A DNA stretch of 64,000 nt from Candidatus Thalassarchaeaceae archaeon (GTDB lineage: Archaea; Thermoplasmatota; Poseidoniia; Poseidoniales; Thalassarchaeaceae), in assembly GCA_029250605.1 (NCBI GenBank), contig JAQXEZ010000002.1, positions 22,775 through 86,774 on the forward strand. The letters run 5' to 3'. The notes under the pieces were generated by a model. That model did not search any database, had not been told where the DNA came from, and saw only the letters and a program-made list of their open reading frames with translations. Positions within the stretch are counted from its first letter, which is position 1. Each line of letters starts with the position of its first letter. The translations under genes were made by a program, and so were the position numbers. Shown here one piece after another: positions 19,206 to 29,886 of the stretch.

Positions 19206-20300
19206 GTGTTCCATAACTACGAATCCCTCTTTAGAGCAATCATCTGGGGGCAAACAATGACCAGGGACACCGACTTTCTCTGGAGTCAGCTAGAGTCAAT
19301 TGACTTTCTCTGGATTGCGATTCTCTTTTTGGTCGCAATCGGACCGCTGGTCTACGCTGGCAGGAAAGGTGATAGTTTGGCGCTTGCAATGGTTCTTTCA
19401 CTACTCCTTGTCCATTTCGTCCAGTACTTCTTGTCGATTCTCCAGCACGAGTTGTTTGATTTCTTTCCTGTCGACATTTTCGGTTTGATCCCTGTTTTAT
19501 CCGGGGAACCTTCTCATTTCCACCGAATGTTCACTTCTGCATGGTTGCATGCCGACTTTATCCATGTTCTTGGGAACATCCTCGTAATAGCGCTGGCTGG
19601 AGTGCCGCTCGAGCAGAGATTGGGGGCAAAAAGATGGGTTGCTGTGTACTTCATAGGGTTCCTTGGTGGGAACATTGCATGGGTCTTGTCCCACCCAGAT
19701 TCATATTCCCCAGCAATTGGGGCTAGTGGTGCTGCATTCGGACTTCTAGGGGCTTACTTGGCCTGCTGGCCAGAGGACAAGATCGAGTTTCCCTTACTTT
19801 TCCTAATCAGGGCTTGGCCCGTGTGGCTAATTGCATTCATCCGACTGGGGCTCGAGATTTTCCATATGTACTCGATTCAAAGTGGCACGGAGGGAGAAAC
19901 CAACATAGCCCATATGGCACACGTAGGTGGATTCTTCCTAGCTTACCTTGTCGCGAGACCCATCGCAAAGGGGGCTCCGAGTCCGATTGGCGATATTGGT
20001 GCTTCAGGAAAAGCCTCTTCATTGACAGATGACATCAGAAAGCAGACCACTGCTAGGATGGGAGGCTTACAGAATGATCCTTGGGAATCAGCAGGAAAAA
20101 ACCTGGAAGGAAGGGCTGCAAGAATTCTTATCAAATTGAGGGAAGAGGGAGACGAGTTGGAGACTAGAAGGGCTTGGCTAGAAGAGTTGGCTGAACACAC
20201 AATTTGCCCTGTTTGTGATGGAGAAATAGTCGCTATCGATGACAGGGGGGTATGCAGATTGAATTGTTCCCTGTCGCCGAGCCACATCAGGTGGCCATAA
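19206..20300 (+). CDS. rhomboid family intramembrane serine protease with C-terminal cytoplasmic zinc-ribbon tail
   Basis: GxSG catalytic motif (IGASGAAFGLLGAY) and catalytic His (AHVGGFFLAYL) within a six/seven-TM core. C-terminal CPVCDG...CRLNC. Confidence 0.75.
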   Translation: MFHNYESLFRAIIWGQTMTRDTDFLWSQLESIDFLWIAILFLVAIGPLVYAGRKGDSLALAMVLSLLLVHFVQYFLSILQHELFDFFPVDIFGLIPVLSGEPSHFHRMFTSAWLHADFIHVLGNILVIALAGVPLEQRLGAKRWVAVYFIGFLGGNIAWVLSHPDSYSPAIGASGAAFGLLGAYLACWPEDKIEFPLLFLIRAWPVWLIAFIRLGLEIFHMYSIQSGTEGETNIAHMAHVGGFFLAYLVARPIAKGAPSPIGDIGASGKASSLTDDIRKQTTARMGGLQNDPWESAGKNLEGRAARILIKLREEGDELETRRAWLEELAEHTICPVCDGEIVAIDDRGVCRLNCSLSPSHIRWP

Positions 20301-20368
20301 GTGGCAATCTAGCAAGCACTTACAGGTTGGAGTTATACAGGTCTTGACTTTGGCTCTCTTAGAGAGCC

Positions 20369-23300
20369 ATGGTCAGAGGTCCAGGAAAGTTCTTCCCATT
20401 CGCCATCGCGATTTTGGTTTTCTTGCTTGATGTGCCCATAGGAGCAGCGCATGTCCCTGATGTAGAGAATTCTGATTCTACAGTTTTTTTTGAGGGTGAA
20501 ACTCCAGCCATTCCATCATTGATTTGCGGGGAAGAAGAATGCCAGAAAGAACTCAATCCGACCCATACTCCTCTCAATTCTAGTCCTCCAGCAATGGAAT
20601 TCGGATGGTGGAATAGTTTCTGGTCCGACTCCGACTCCAATGGTTTTGATGACCGACTCCAACTTATCGTGGCAGGAGAAAGGGAGTCTGTCTCAGTAAC
20701 TTCAATCGTTGGTGATGATGGCAGAGGAACTGTTGCTATCATTGTCCACTATGCATGGCATCCAGGAGTTCTGGACATCGACTCGTTAAAGGGAGTGATC
20801 GAGCAACACGGCTGGGAAAACGAAGGCTCCTGGTTCATGGTAATGGATCATCTAGATGCCATAGTCCTGGATCACGTCCCAGTGAGTTCTCTGATTGATA
20901 TTTGGAGTCTAGATGGAGTCGTCCTTGTCGAGGAGCAGAGCGTTATTGTGCCTTATCTGGACAAGGCGACGAGGGGTTCCAAGGTGAGGACCTCGGGGGT
21001 TTATGACGAGACTTTGAGGGGGCTTGGATACCATGGTTCTGGTAAAGTAATCGCTATTCTTGATACTGGAGTCGACAATGAGCACTTCTCACTTGACGAT
21101 TTCTCGGACGATAACAAGGACAACACAAAGGACCCCGATGACATAGAGGACCCCAAATGGGTCGGGGGATGCGATGCAACAGGAGTGGGGCAGTCAGGAT
21201 GCAACGATGAGGACCCCGATGATGGTGACGGTCATGGAACCCACGTGGCGGGAATTGCCCTCGGTACGGGAGACTCTAGTCGAGTCAATCAAGGATACTC
21301 TCCCGGCTCTTATCTAGTCGACGTGAAAGTCATGGAGGACTATGGTGGGGGGAACTCCCAGTCTATTCTGGCCGGCATCCAGTGGGCCATTAACAACAAA
21401 GACACTGATTGGGGCAATAATGCATCAAGCAGGGGCATCCACGTACTTTCTATGTCCTTCGGCAGAGCCAGCTCTGCTGTTGGAGACAACAACGAAGATG
21501 GGTCATCGGCGGAGGCGAATCTAGTTAATCAGGCCTCAGAGAATGGTTTAGTCTGTGTAGCTGCAATTGGAAACGATGGAGCGAACAATGTGAACTCCGT
21601 CGGTGCGGCGGATACCTCAATCACAGTTGGGTGGCTGGATGACAAGAATACCATCGATCGTAGTGATGACTCAATTAGCTCAAACTCCAACTATGGCCCG
21701 AGGACCGATGATGGAGACGGAGACTCGTGGGATGAAATGAAACCCTGGGTTGTGGCCCCTGGGTCGAATATCAACTCCGCACAGCATGCCGAATCATCCG
21801 GAATCATTCCTGGATCAGAAGTAAACAGAGCGAGTGACGACTACACTCAGTTATCGGGATCTAGCATGTCGACTCCAGCGGTGGCTGGGCTCGTGGCGAT
21901 TATGCTAGAAATTGGCGAAATGCGCAAGATGCCATTCATGGAGGAGGATGAGCCTGGAATAGAGAGGTATGAGGCGATCAGAAGTTTCCTCGCAGGTGGC
22001 TCAGAGTTCAGGAATGAATGGTCTGTGGATGAGACCTGGCAAGATAACAACTGGAACACGAGATATGGTTTCGGGATTATTGACGGGGGTGAAATCGCTA
22101 GTGAGATGTTCGATTACACAGGTGGCGGTGGCGGTGGAGGGAATCAGACCTCAGGCCCGGGATCAAACCAAGAGGGTCATTGGGTTGAGATTGAAAGTCC
22201 TTCAGCATACGCTTGGTTGGTAGAAGGAAGAGGATACAACCTAAGGGGGCACATCAACGAGCATGGCGAGGACAATGGGACTATCGAGGAAGTTGTCGTA
22301 AAGGTCGAGATGGAATTCAGGGAATCATCTGACACGCCCAAACAGAGATCAATTCTGGTAAACTGGTCGAATCCTACTGGAATAACCAATTGGACGGAAC
22401 CCTTCGAAGTTCCCGACCTCCCAGATGAATACACCGATGTCTCAGTCACTGGAATGGTTGCGGCGCGGAATGACATAGGAAGATGGAGCAATACGACTGA
22501 GTACTTCTTTCCAGTAGGCAGGGTAAACATCACACTAGAAGGCCCCAGTGGACAAGGTGACTTGGATGGAAACGTAGAGGTTAATGGCCAGTTTCAGTCA
22601 ATTGGAAATGCTACAATTCAATGGAGGCTGGACAGCGAAGAATGGCAGAATGGGCCCCATTACCACGACGGAGAGTGGACCATTGAGGACCAAGAGGGGA
22701 TGAGGCATGCAACTTCTCGGTACAAGGGCGATGGCAGCATCGATCCAGACTACCAGGGTCATGCATATTGTGTACACATGTTCAAAGCGGCTCAGAATTC
22801 TGGGAATAGCGTCGATTGCAAAGAGGATGACGATGGATGGACTCAATGGAGTTTCAACTGGGATACAACCCAGCACAAGGACGAAGAGTACAGGATTTCA
22901 GTGAGGGTGATTAGTGCTGTTGGAGTGACTTCTGAGCAAATCCGAAGAGTTGTCAGAGTTGACAACATTGACCCTATGCCAGACTTGGTTTTCGTTAGTA
23001 AATCGATTTCGGTTCAGGAATTTGGCATTCCGATGCAGGAATCATATGTTAATACATTCTTGGAAGTCAGGGCTACTATTAGGAATTCGGGGGATCAAGC
23101 CGCGACTGATGTGGGAATCATTCTAGAAGAATGGGGGGAGAGGCGAGACGAGTATGTGATTTCAAACATAGATACCGGCCAGTTCGTTGAAGTTGTACTG
23201 TACTGGAACCCTATGGACTCAGGCGATGCTCTGCTATCCATTTCAATCGACCCTCTGAATTCAATTCAGGAGTTAGACGACAATAACAACGAGCTTGTAG

Positions 23301-25339
23301 GAACTTTCTCTGTTGTCCCGAGGCCTCCAGGGGTCGATCTTGCAATTAGGGCAGGGTCAATTTCAGCTCTGGCAGTCTCTAGCCCGATTCCCAGGCCAGA
23401 CGAGTCGGCAGTCGTCCAAGCAAGGGTAGACAATCTGGGGTCGCAGGATGCTGTCGGAGTCTCTGGGACTCTGGAAATGATGACTGAGCGGGGTTGGGAA
23501 TTTATTGGGAATTCAACTGCTGCATTGGTTCTGGGCGGATCTCATTCGATAATCTCTTTTCCCTTCGCTCCAAACATTTCCGGGCCACTTGAAGTGAGAG
23601 TGAGCGTCATCTTGGATAGCGGAGGAGACAATGACTGGTCCAACAATGTGCGGATCAAGACCCTGCTTGTTGACAGTACGACTTTGTCGGGACCGAGGGA
23701 TGCTGAACTGAATCCCGGAGAGAGTCCCATTGCCATCGTAAGTCTAGATAGCGAAGAGGGTGATGATCTACTAATTGGGGAGAAGGATGGGGCCCTGTTA
23801 ATGTACAAACTAACTGAAACTAAATCGTTAATTGAATGCAATAACGTGATTGAGGAACGATGGTCTGGCGATATTTCAATTATCGGTACGGATGAAGGTT
23901 TTGCCCATATTGTGTGGACAAGGCGTTACATGGGGCCAAACTGGTTTCTAATGCAGACCCTAAGTTACTCCACTATCGACTCAAGTTGTAGAATTGCCCC
24001 CCCTCAGGACTTACTCCCGGGGATTCCACTGTCCGATGGAAAGTATTGGGGCATTGACATGGACATAAGGGACTCTGAAATTCTTGTTTCTGGCTATCAC
24101 AGGGATGTTTTCAGTGGGGGAAGTCTCGAAGACGAGACGAACATCTTCCTAATTCATTCAGAAAGCCCCCTCTCCTCGGACGACTGGAATCTGCAGACTG
24201 GAATAATCAAAGACATCGACGCCGACCCTTACCAGATTGATCCAATATCAGTCGAATTCGGGCATGATCAGGCGCATATCCTCTATCAAACGATTAGGAA
24301 CGACACTACTGGCAAGGACCGCCTTGGAGTCTGGTACTCACATGGAATGATTGGCCAGGAGACGTGGGCATATCGAAAGGCAGTCGGTGACGAGTCGGCC
24401 ATCCCCATGCTGACTGTGATTGAAGATGATGATGGCGATACTTTGGTTTCGCTTTGGAGAGAAGGGGATCCTCAAGACTCCGAACTGGTCGTATTCGTGA
24501 CTGATTCAAATTTCATGACTAATGGCCAAATGGAAACGCGGATCCCGGCAAGAGGAATGGCGGGAATAGGCGTTGTAGAGTCAGAGAGGGGGATTCAGGT
24601 ACTATTCGATCGGGTTGGGGCTAGTGGCCCTCAAGTAGAGTACGGGTTGATTGATGTTGATAGTGGTTGGATAGGCCTCTCAGACACTTTGGTCAGAGGG
24701 CAATACAAATCGATGGATAGGTCCGAAGATTCTGGAGAAACGATGATGGTCGTCTCATCATCCGACGGTTGGCAAATAAGGACCCTGATAGATGATGGCT
24801 CTTCTAGACGCGGCGGGGGCCTATCTGACCAACTAAGATCATCCCTCGGCTTGGATCAAGAGAGTTTCGAAATCCTAGTGATTGGTGTCGCATTGGCCGT
24901 TCTGATACTTGGAATGGTAACCTTAGTCGGTCTTTCCTCACAGGGAGTCAGGTGGGTCGGAAGGAGAGGTTCGATTGACAAGGATGCTAGCGTGGTGATG
25001 GAGGATGACGTAGTGGACCTAGTGGGAGGAACCGATCTCTCGATTGGCTCAGACGAGATCGAAATTGTCCAAGATGATTCTAATGATGATTTTGCCGTAA
25101 GTGGACGCGATAGCAGGAGAGCGAGAAGGGATAAGAGGAATTCCGAAGAAGATGGCTTGCTAGACACAGCGGATTCTGGAACTATTGAGCCCGTATTGGA
25201 AATCCAGATGCCAGATTACTCCATGGCACCACCTATTTCTGGCCAGGTAACATGTCCTGGGTGCAAGAGCAGGTTCGCAACGGAACCGGGAATCATGTCA
25301 ATGAAATGCCCAGTTTGTGGATTGAAAATTGATCTCTGA
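20369..25339 (+). CDS. giant subtilisin-like serine protease (peptidase S8), secreted and membrane-anchored, with cytoplasmic zinc-ribbon tail
   Basis: Signal peptide, then the S8 triad in order: D (AILDTGVD), H (HGTHVAGIA), S (GSSMSTPAVAGLVA). This is followed by about 1000 aa of beta-rich adhesion-like repeats, a TM helix (ILVIGVALAVLILGMVTLVGL), an acidic tail and a terminal CPGC...CPVCG. Confidence 0.8.
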   Translation: MVRGPGKFFPFAIAILVFLLDVPIGAAHVPDVENSDSTVFFEGETPAIPSLICGEEECQKELNPTHTPLNSSPPAMEFGWWNSFWSDSDSNGFDDRLQLIVAGERESVSVTSIVGDDGRGTVAIIVHYAWHPGVLDIDSLKGVIEQHGWENEGSWFMVMDHLDAIVLDHVPVSSLIDIWSLDGVVLVEEQSVIVPYLDKATRGSKVRTSGVYDETLRGLGYHGSGKVIAILDTGVDNEHFSLDDFSDDNKDNTKDPDDIEDPKWVGGCDATGVGQSGCNDEDPDDGDGHGTHVAGIALGTGDSSRVNQGYSPGSYLVDVKVMEDYGGGNSQSILAGIQWAINNKDTDWGNNASSRGIHVLSMSFGRASSAVGDNNEDGSSAEANLVNQASENGLVCVAAIGNDGANNVNSVGAADTSITVGWLDDKNTIDRSDDSISSNSNYGPRTDDGDGDSWDEMKPWVVAPGSNINSAQHAESSGIIPGSEVNRASDDYTQLSGSSMSTPAVAGLVAIMLEIGEMRKMPFMEEDEPGIERYEAIRSFLAGGSEFRNEWSVDETWQDNNWNTRYGFGIIDGGEIASEMFDYTGGGGGGGNQTSGPGSNQEGHWVEIESPSAYAWLVEGRGYNLRGHINEHGEDNGTIEEVVVKVEMEFRESSDTPKQRSILVNWSNPTGITNWTEPFEVPDLPDEYTDVSVTGMVAARNDIGRWSNTTEYFFPVGRVNITLEGPSGQGDLDGNVEVNGQFQSIGNATIQWRLDSEEWQNGPHYHDGEWTIEDQEGMRHATSRYKGDGSIDPDYQGHAYCVHMFKAAQNSGNSVDCKEDDDGWTQWSFNWDTTQHKDEEYRISVRVISAVGVTSEQIRRVVRVDNIDPMPDLVFVSKSISVQEFGIPMQESYVNTFLEVRATIRNSGDQAATDVGIILEEWGERRDEYVISNIDTGQFVEVVLYWNPMDSGDALLSISIDPLNSIQELDDNNNELVGTFSVVPRPPGVDLAIRAGSISALAVSSPIPRPDESAVVQARVDNLGSQDAVGVSGTLEMMTERGWEFIGNSTAALVLGGSHSIISFPFAPNISGPLEVRVSVILDSGGDNDWSNNVRIKTLLVDSTTLSGPRDAELNPGESPIAIVSLDSEEGDDLLIGEKDGALLMYKLTETKSLIECNNVIEERWSGDISIIGTDEGFAHIVWTRRYMGPNWFLMQTLSYSTIDSSCRIAPPQDLLPGIPLSDGKYWGIDMDIRDSEILVSGYHRDVFSGGSLEDETNIFLIHSESPLSSDDWNLQTGIIKDIDADPYQIDPISVEFGHDQAHILYQTIRNDTTGKDRLGVWYSHGMIGQETWAYRKAVGDESAIPMLTVIEDDDGDTLVSLWREGDPQDSELVVFVTDSNFMTNGQMETRIPARGMAGIGVVESERGIQVLFDRVGASGPQVEYGLIDVDSGWIGLSDTLVRGQYKSMDRSEDSGETMMVVSSSDGWQIRTLIDDGSSRRGGGLSDQLRSSLGLDQESFEILVIGVALAVLILGMVTLVGLSSQGVRWVGRRGSIDKDASVVMEDDVVDLVGGTDLSIGSDEIEIVQDDSNDDFAVSGRDSRRARRDKRNSEEDGLLDTADSGTIEPVLEIQMPDYSMAPPISGQVTCPGCKSRFATEPGIMSMKCPVCGLKIDL

Positions 25340-25348
25340 GGTTAGGGA

Positions 25349-25978
25349 ATGCCCGTAATTCTACTCGTTTCTGCCTCCGAAAGGAGAAGGGCAATTATGG
25401 CAGATTTCTCTGAAAAAGATGGTATAGAGGTGCGATTCAGCGTATTGAAGGAGCCCGAGCCCGAGCCTTTGACTAATCTTGAGGTTCATTTGCAAGTCGA
25501 ATCATCCTGCATGCATAAAGCGAGATCTGCTGTCTTGGAGCTTGGTTATGGTGAAAACTCAGATGTAGAAATGATAGTGGTTTCTGACACGCTGGTAGAG
25601 GATCCTGATGATAGTCGGGTCGCATTGGGCAAGCCAGAGGACAAGGTTAGTGCAGCTTCCACCCTGATCAGACTCTCTGGAAGAAGGCACAAAGTTTGGT
25701 CTTCGACGGCAATCGTCACTAGAAATGGGACTGGTTTGGAAGTTGGTGCAGGTTGGAGAGCGGAGATCTGGACTGATTTCTCAATAGTGGAATTTGATGA
25801 AATTGGGGTGGATGGGATGGAGGATTTGATTGGTAGTGGATCTTGGTTTGGAAAGGCTGGCGGGTATGATCTAGCCGGGAAGGCTGGTTCTTTCTCAAGG
25901 GTAATCGAAGGGGAGGATGTGACTGTTCTCGGTTTCTCATCCTGTGCATTCGAAGAAATTGGGGGAATACTCCTCTAG
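25349..25978 (+). CDS. maf: Maf-like nucleoside triphosphate pyrophosphatase
   Basis: N-terminal LVSASERRRAIM (SxSPRRR-like). Central LSGRRHKVWSSTAIV and C-terminal GKAGGYDLAGKAGSF...IEGEDVTVLG fit the Maf family. Confidence 0.6.
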   Translation: MPVILLVSASERRRAIMADFSEKDGIEVRFSVLKEPEPEPLTNLEVHLQVESSCMHKARSAVLELGYGENSDVEMIVVSDTLVEDPDDSRVALGKPEDKVSAASTLIRLSGRRHKVWSSTAIVTRNGTGLEVGAGWRAEIWTDFSIVEFDEIGVDGMEDLIGSGSWFGKAGGYDLAGKAGSFSRVIEGEDVTVLGFSSCAFEEIGGILL

Positions 25979-26472
25979 ACGAAGGTGACGCCACCGAACT
26001 TCAAGACGAAATCGCGTTGGATCTCGTCGAACCAGTCAAGCATTGACGAGGCGAAGCAGACTTTGAAGACCTCATCATCGTGCAGCAAGTCGTCTTGGAT
26101 GCCTTGTAGGGTTCCCGGAGCCGCTCCACAGGAAACACATGCCCCGTCCAGATCGATGACTAGTGATAGTGCCCTATTCCCGTCACTTCTAACCTCAATT
26201 TCTCCTCTGGAAACGACCAGGGCCCCCCCATGCCCCTCCAGTGCCGCCCTAACAGGGCCAAGTCTTGCCATCAGCGCCGGGACCAATGAATTGTCTTCAG
26301 ACTCAAATAATTCAAGAAGCGACAACGAAAGAAGTCTAGAAGTTTCGATTGGGTCATTTCTTTCTGATATCCGACGTTCTGCCTCGTCCTGGATGGCCTC
26401 GCTAATCTGAGACCTATACTTGTCCTCTAGTTCATCTGGGGCCCCAGTATCGTCATCTCCATTATTCATCAA
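25975..26472 (-). CDS. NifU/Nfu-like Fe-S cluster scaffold domain protein
   Basis: C-terminal Nfu motif LDGACVSCGAAPGTLQGIQD (CxxC). Adjacent to sufCBD. Confidence 0.55.
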   Translation of the reverse strand: MMNNGDDDTGAPDELEDKYRSQISEAIQDEAERRISERNDPIETSRLLSLSLLELFESEDNSLVPALMARLGPVRAALEGHGGALVVSRGEIEVRSDGNRALSLVIDLDGACVSCGAAPGTLQGIQDDLLHDDEVFKVCFASSMLDWFDEIQRDFVLKFGGVTFV

Positions 26473-26521
26473 TTTATGCGAATGAGTAAGCCATTATAGG
26501 GTCACCTAACGAAGGAAGAGA

Positions 26522-27304
26522 TTGAATAGTCAATTAGTTCCGGTGATTATGAGGATGCACATGAGTACCCCCTTGCTAGAAATCAAAGACCTGCATGCAG
26601 GTATCGATGGAAATGAAATCCTAAAGGGAATTAATCTGAAAATTGAACCCGGTCAGATTCATGCTATTATGGGTAGGAACGGAAGCGGAAAAACCACTAC
26701 TGCCAATGTCATAATGGGGCATCCGGACTTTGAGATATCGGAAGGAGATGTGATGCTAGAGGGAGAGAGCCTACTCGAAATGGAATCTTGGGAAAGAGCT
26801 CGGAAGGGGGTATTCCTCTCATTCCAGTACCCTCAAGCAGTTCCAGGCCTTCAGGTTGGAAATTTCCTCAGGAAGTCTGTTGCTAACATCAGAGGCGAAG
26901 AGGAGGCCAAGGGCGCTGCCTTCAGGGAAAAGTTGACAATGGCGATGGAATCGCTCGATATCCCTCGTACTTTCATGTCAAGGTATGTCAATGATGGTTT
27001 CAGCGGTGGTGAGAAGAAGCGTTTTGAAATCCTACAAATGATGCTCCTAAGACCTCGACTTGCAGTTCTCGATGAGACTGATAGTGGCTTGGACATAGAT
27101 GGAATCAGAACTGTATCCGAAGGAATCAATGCCGCTATCAGGGGGACTGATTCTGGAGCATTAATAATCACTCACTACTCTAGGATTCTAGAACATGTAC
27201 AGCCAGATATGGTGCATGTTCTAATGGATGGTAAGATTGTATCGTCAGGAGGCCCTGAGCTAGCTACAAAACTTGAAGAGCGCGGCTATGAATGGCTGAA
27301 ATAA
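26522..27304 (+). CDS. sufC: Fe-S cluster assembly ATPase SufC
   Basis: Walker A GRNGSGKTT, ABC signature FSGGEKKR, Walker B LAVLDETDSGLD. SufC-specific N-terminus LEIKDLHAGI. Confidence 0.9.
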   Translation: MNSQLVPVIMRMHMSTPLLEIKDLHAGIDGNEILKGINLKIEPGQIHAIMGRNGSGKTTTANVIMGHPDFEISEGDVMLEGESLLEMESWERARKGVFLSFQYPQAVPGLQVGNFLRKSVANIRGEEEAKGAAFREKLTMAMESLDIPRTFMSRYVNDGFSGGEKKRFEILQMMLLRPRLAVLDETDSGLDIDGIRTVSEGINAAIRGTDSGALIITHYSRILEHVQPDMVHVLMDGKIVSSGGPELATKLEERGYEWLK

Positions 27305-27319
27305 GAATGAGGTGATGAG

Positions 27320-28732
27320 ATGGCGGAAAACAGAGATGCCCGGGAAGCTGTCGGAGAATACAAGGCTGGATGGCATGATCCAGAAAACTCAACAATTAGA
27401 TTCGACTTTGGCCTTTCAGAGGAAGTAGTGAGAGAAATATCCAATCTGAAGAATGAGCCCCAGTGGATGACTGAGATTCGAGTTAAGGCATTCAAACACT
27501 TCATGAAAAGACCGATGCCGACATGGGGTAACATGTCGATGTTGGAGGAAATTGACTTCGACAATATCTGCTACTTTCTGAGATCATCTGATTCAACCAA
27601 GAATGACTGGGATGACGTGCCAGATGACATCAGAAATACATTCGAAAGGCTTGGAATACCAGAAGCAGAGCAGAAGTGGTTGTCAGGAGTAACAGCTCAA
27701 TACGAGTCAGAAACAGTATACCACAGCATCCGTGAGGACTTGGAAAGGCAAGGGGTAATTTTCCTAGACATGGACAGCGGACTGAGGGAATACCCCGAGA
27801 TCGTGAAAAAGTGGTTCTGTTCGGTAGTGCCTTACTCTGATAACAAATTCTCTGCGCTGAATACCGCAGTCTGGTCAGGTGGATCTTTCATCTATGTCCC
27901 AGAGGGAGTTCAAGTTGAGATGCCTGTACAGGCATACTTTCGAATCAACGCGAAGAATATGGGGCAATTCGAAAGGACGCTGATTATTGCTGACAAAGGA
28001 AGCAGCATCCATTACGTCGAAGGATGTACCGCCCCAACCTACTCGACTGACTCGCTACACTCAGCAGTGGTGGAATTGATTGCACTTCCGGGTTCACACA
28101 TTCGTTACTCGACTATCCAAAATTGGAGTTCAAATGTTTACAATCTAGTAACAAAGAGAGGAATAGCGCATGAAAAGGCGAAGATTGAGTGGGTAGATGG
28201 GAACATCGGGAGTAAACTGACCATGAAGTATCCCGCAGTGATTCTGAAGGGAGAAGGGAGTCACGCAGAAGTGATTTCCGTCGCATATTCCGGAGAAGGG
28301 CAGCACCAAGATGCTGGGGCCAAAATTCATCATCTAGCATCCAACACTACAAGTAAAATTCTCTCGAAGAGCATTAGCAAAAATGGAGGCAGGGGATCTT
28401 ACAGAGGCATGGTAACAGTTTCGCCCAAGGCGGATAACTGCAAGCTGAATGTCGTTTGCGACGCCCTAATACTGGACGAAGGGAGCAGGTCAGACACATA
28501 CCCAACAATGGAAGTGGCCAACCCAACTGCGAGATGTGAGCACGAGGCGAGTGTTTCGAAGGTTAGCGATCAGCAATTATTCTACCTTATGAGTCGTGGG
28601 CACTCCGAGGAAGAGTCCCTAGCAATGATTGTCAACGGTTTCTTCGAGCCATTCACCAGGGAACTTCCCATGGAATACGCAGTAGAGCTCAATCAACTGA
28701 TGGCTCTTGAGATGGAAGGAAGCATAGGTTGA
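27320..28732 (+). CDS. sufB: Fe-S cluster assembly protein SufB
   Basis: About 470 aa with a beta-helix core, conserved across the whole SufB length. Operon with sufC and sufD. Confidence 0.9.
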   Translation: MAENRDAREAVGEYKAGWHDPENSTIRFDFGLSEEVVREISNLKNEPQWMTEIRVKAFKHFMKRPMPTWGNMSMLEEIDFDNICYFLRSSDSTKNDWDDVPDDIRNTFERLGIPEAEQKWLSGVTAQYESETVYHSIREDLERQGVIFLDMDSGLREYPEIVKKWFCSVVPYSDNKFSALNTAVWSGGSFIYVPEGVQVEMPVQAYFRINAKNMGQFERTLIIADKGSSIHYVEGCTAPTYSTDSLHSAVVELIALPGSHIRYSTIQNWSSNVYNLVTKRGIAHEKAKIEWVDGNIGSKLTMKYPAVILKGEGSHAEVISVAYSGEGQHQDAGAKIHHLASNTTSKILSKSISKNGGRGSYRGMVTVSPKADNCKLNVVCDALILDEGSRSDTYPTMEVANPTARCEHEASVSKVSDQQLFYLMSRGHSEEESLAMIVNGFFEPFTRELPMEYAVELNQLMALEMEGSIG

Positions 28733-28741
28733 GGTCGAATA

Positions 28742-29845
28742 ATGGATTCCGCTTCGAGGTACCTCAGTCTGGAGAAGCCAAACAAGGCAGACCATCTGTG
28801 GAGGTATACTCCCTGGAAGAAGGTGCACCCTACTGGACTATTGTCCGAAATCCCCTCACTAGGACAACCTGAGATTAGCCTGGGAATTATTGACGGTTCC
28901 GATCTCCCTTCTGGAATCGAATTGAAACTGGGCGTAACAGGAGAACCAGATTTCTCAATGAGTAGTGCGTTGACAAATTCATTCCTTCATGCATCGGCAA
29001 AGTCTTCTCAATGGACGTTGGTCGTGGACAAAGGTTTCTCTTCAGGCAAGCCGGTCATTCTTGAGGTTAAGGCAGGCGATTTGCCAACCATTGCTCATAT
29101 CGCATTGGAAATAGGGGGGGCGTCGGAATTTGAGTTGATTACCAGAGTCACTGGTAACAGTGAATGGTTCGGACTACTTAGGACTGGTCGCATTAAAGAC
29201 GGAGCAGTAGTGAATGATGTTGTGATAGGCCTCCTAGAGAGAGGGACTATGCTGCGCTCTGATAATATTGAGATTTGTCGAGATGCACAGTTCAGAGCGG
29301 GCACGGTTTCTTCGGGCTCGAATAGGACGAAGAGCGACCTACGTTACATTATGGGGGAAACTGGTGGAAACATCAGAGTCCTGGGATCAATCCTATCTAC
29401 GGATTCTATGCACTTGGACCATCACATAGAAATCCACCATGAAGCACCGGAAACATACAGCCGATTAGCGTGGCATTCTGCTTGCGGAGGTAGCAGCAGG
29501 ACCATAGGGACTGGGATGCTAACAATAAGAAAAGGCTCCAGGGGAGCGGATGCAGCACAGATTTTTCACAACCTCCTGCTCTCTAAATCCGCAGAAGCCG
29601 ATTCGATCCCAGAACTGGAAGTGATGGAGAATGACGTCGTTGGTTGTGGGCATGGCACGGCAAATGGACCAATAGACGAAGAGCAGATGTTTTACCTCAA
29701 GGCTAGAGGGTTCGACGAGGATGATGCAAAGAGGTCATTGGTTGCAGCATTCCTCAATTCAACTCTCTCGGAGATGGGGGGGGCGGCCCTACACGAATGG
29801 CTCGTAGGCGAGTTAACTCTTCAACTGGAAGCCCTCGACGCGTGA
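28742..29845 (+). CDS. sufD: Fe-S cluster assembly protein SufD
   Basis: SufB paralogue-like beta-helix protein in the expected operon position downstream of sufB. Confidence 0.8.
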   Translation: MDSASRYLSLEKPNKADHLWRYTPWKKVHPTGLLSEIPSLGQPEISLGIIDGSDLPSGIELKLGVTGEPDFSMSSALTNSFLHASAKSSQWTLVVDKGFSSGKPVILEVKAGDLPTIAHIALEIGGASEFELITRVTGNSEWFGLLRTGRIKDGAVVNDVVIGLLERGTMLRSDNIEICRDAQFRAGTVSSGSNRTKSDLRYIMGETGGNIRVLGSILSTDSMHLDHHIEIHHEAPETYSRLAWHSACGGSSRTIGTGMLTIRKGSRGADAAQIFHNLLLSKSAEADSIPELEVMENDVVGCGHGTANGPIDEEQMFYLKARGFDEDDAKRSLVAAFLNSTLSEMGGAALHEWLVGELTLQLEALDA

Positions 29846-29886
29846 GAAGGGGAAATTAATTTAGCCCGATGTCAGGTGATTTAGGC

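Noticed and set aside
2565-19694. Numerous 60-170-aa ORFs antisense to or nested within long genes (e.g. 2565..2834, 3146..3866, 4475..4966, 9396..9858, 17852..18316, 19497..19694)
   Set aside because: They overlap strongly supported genes on the opposite strand or in other frames. Their composition is low-complexity and they have no motifs, so they are treated as spurious.
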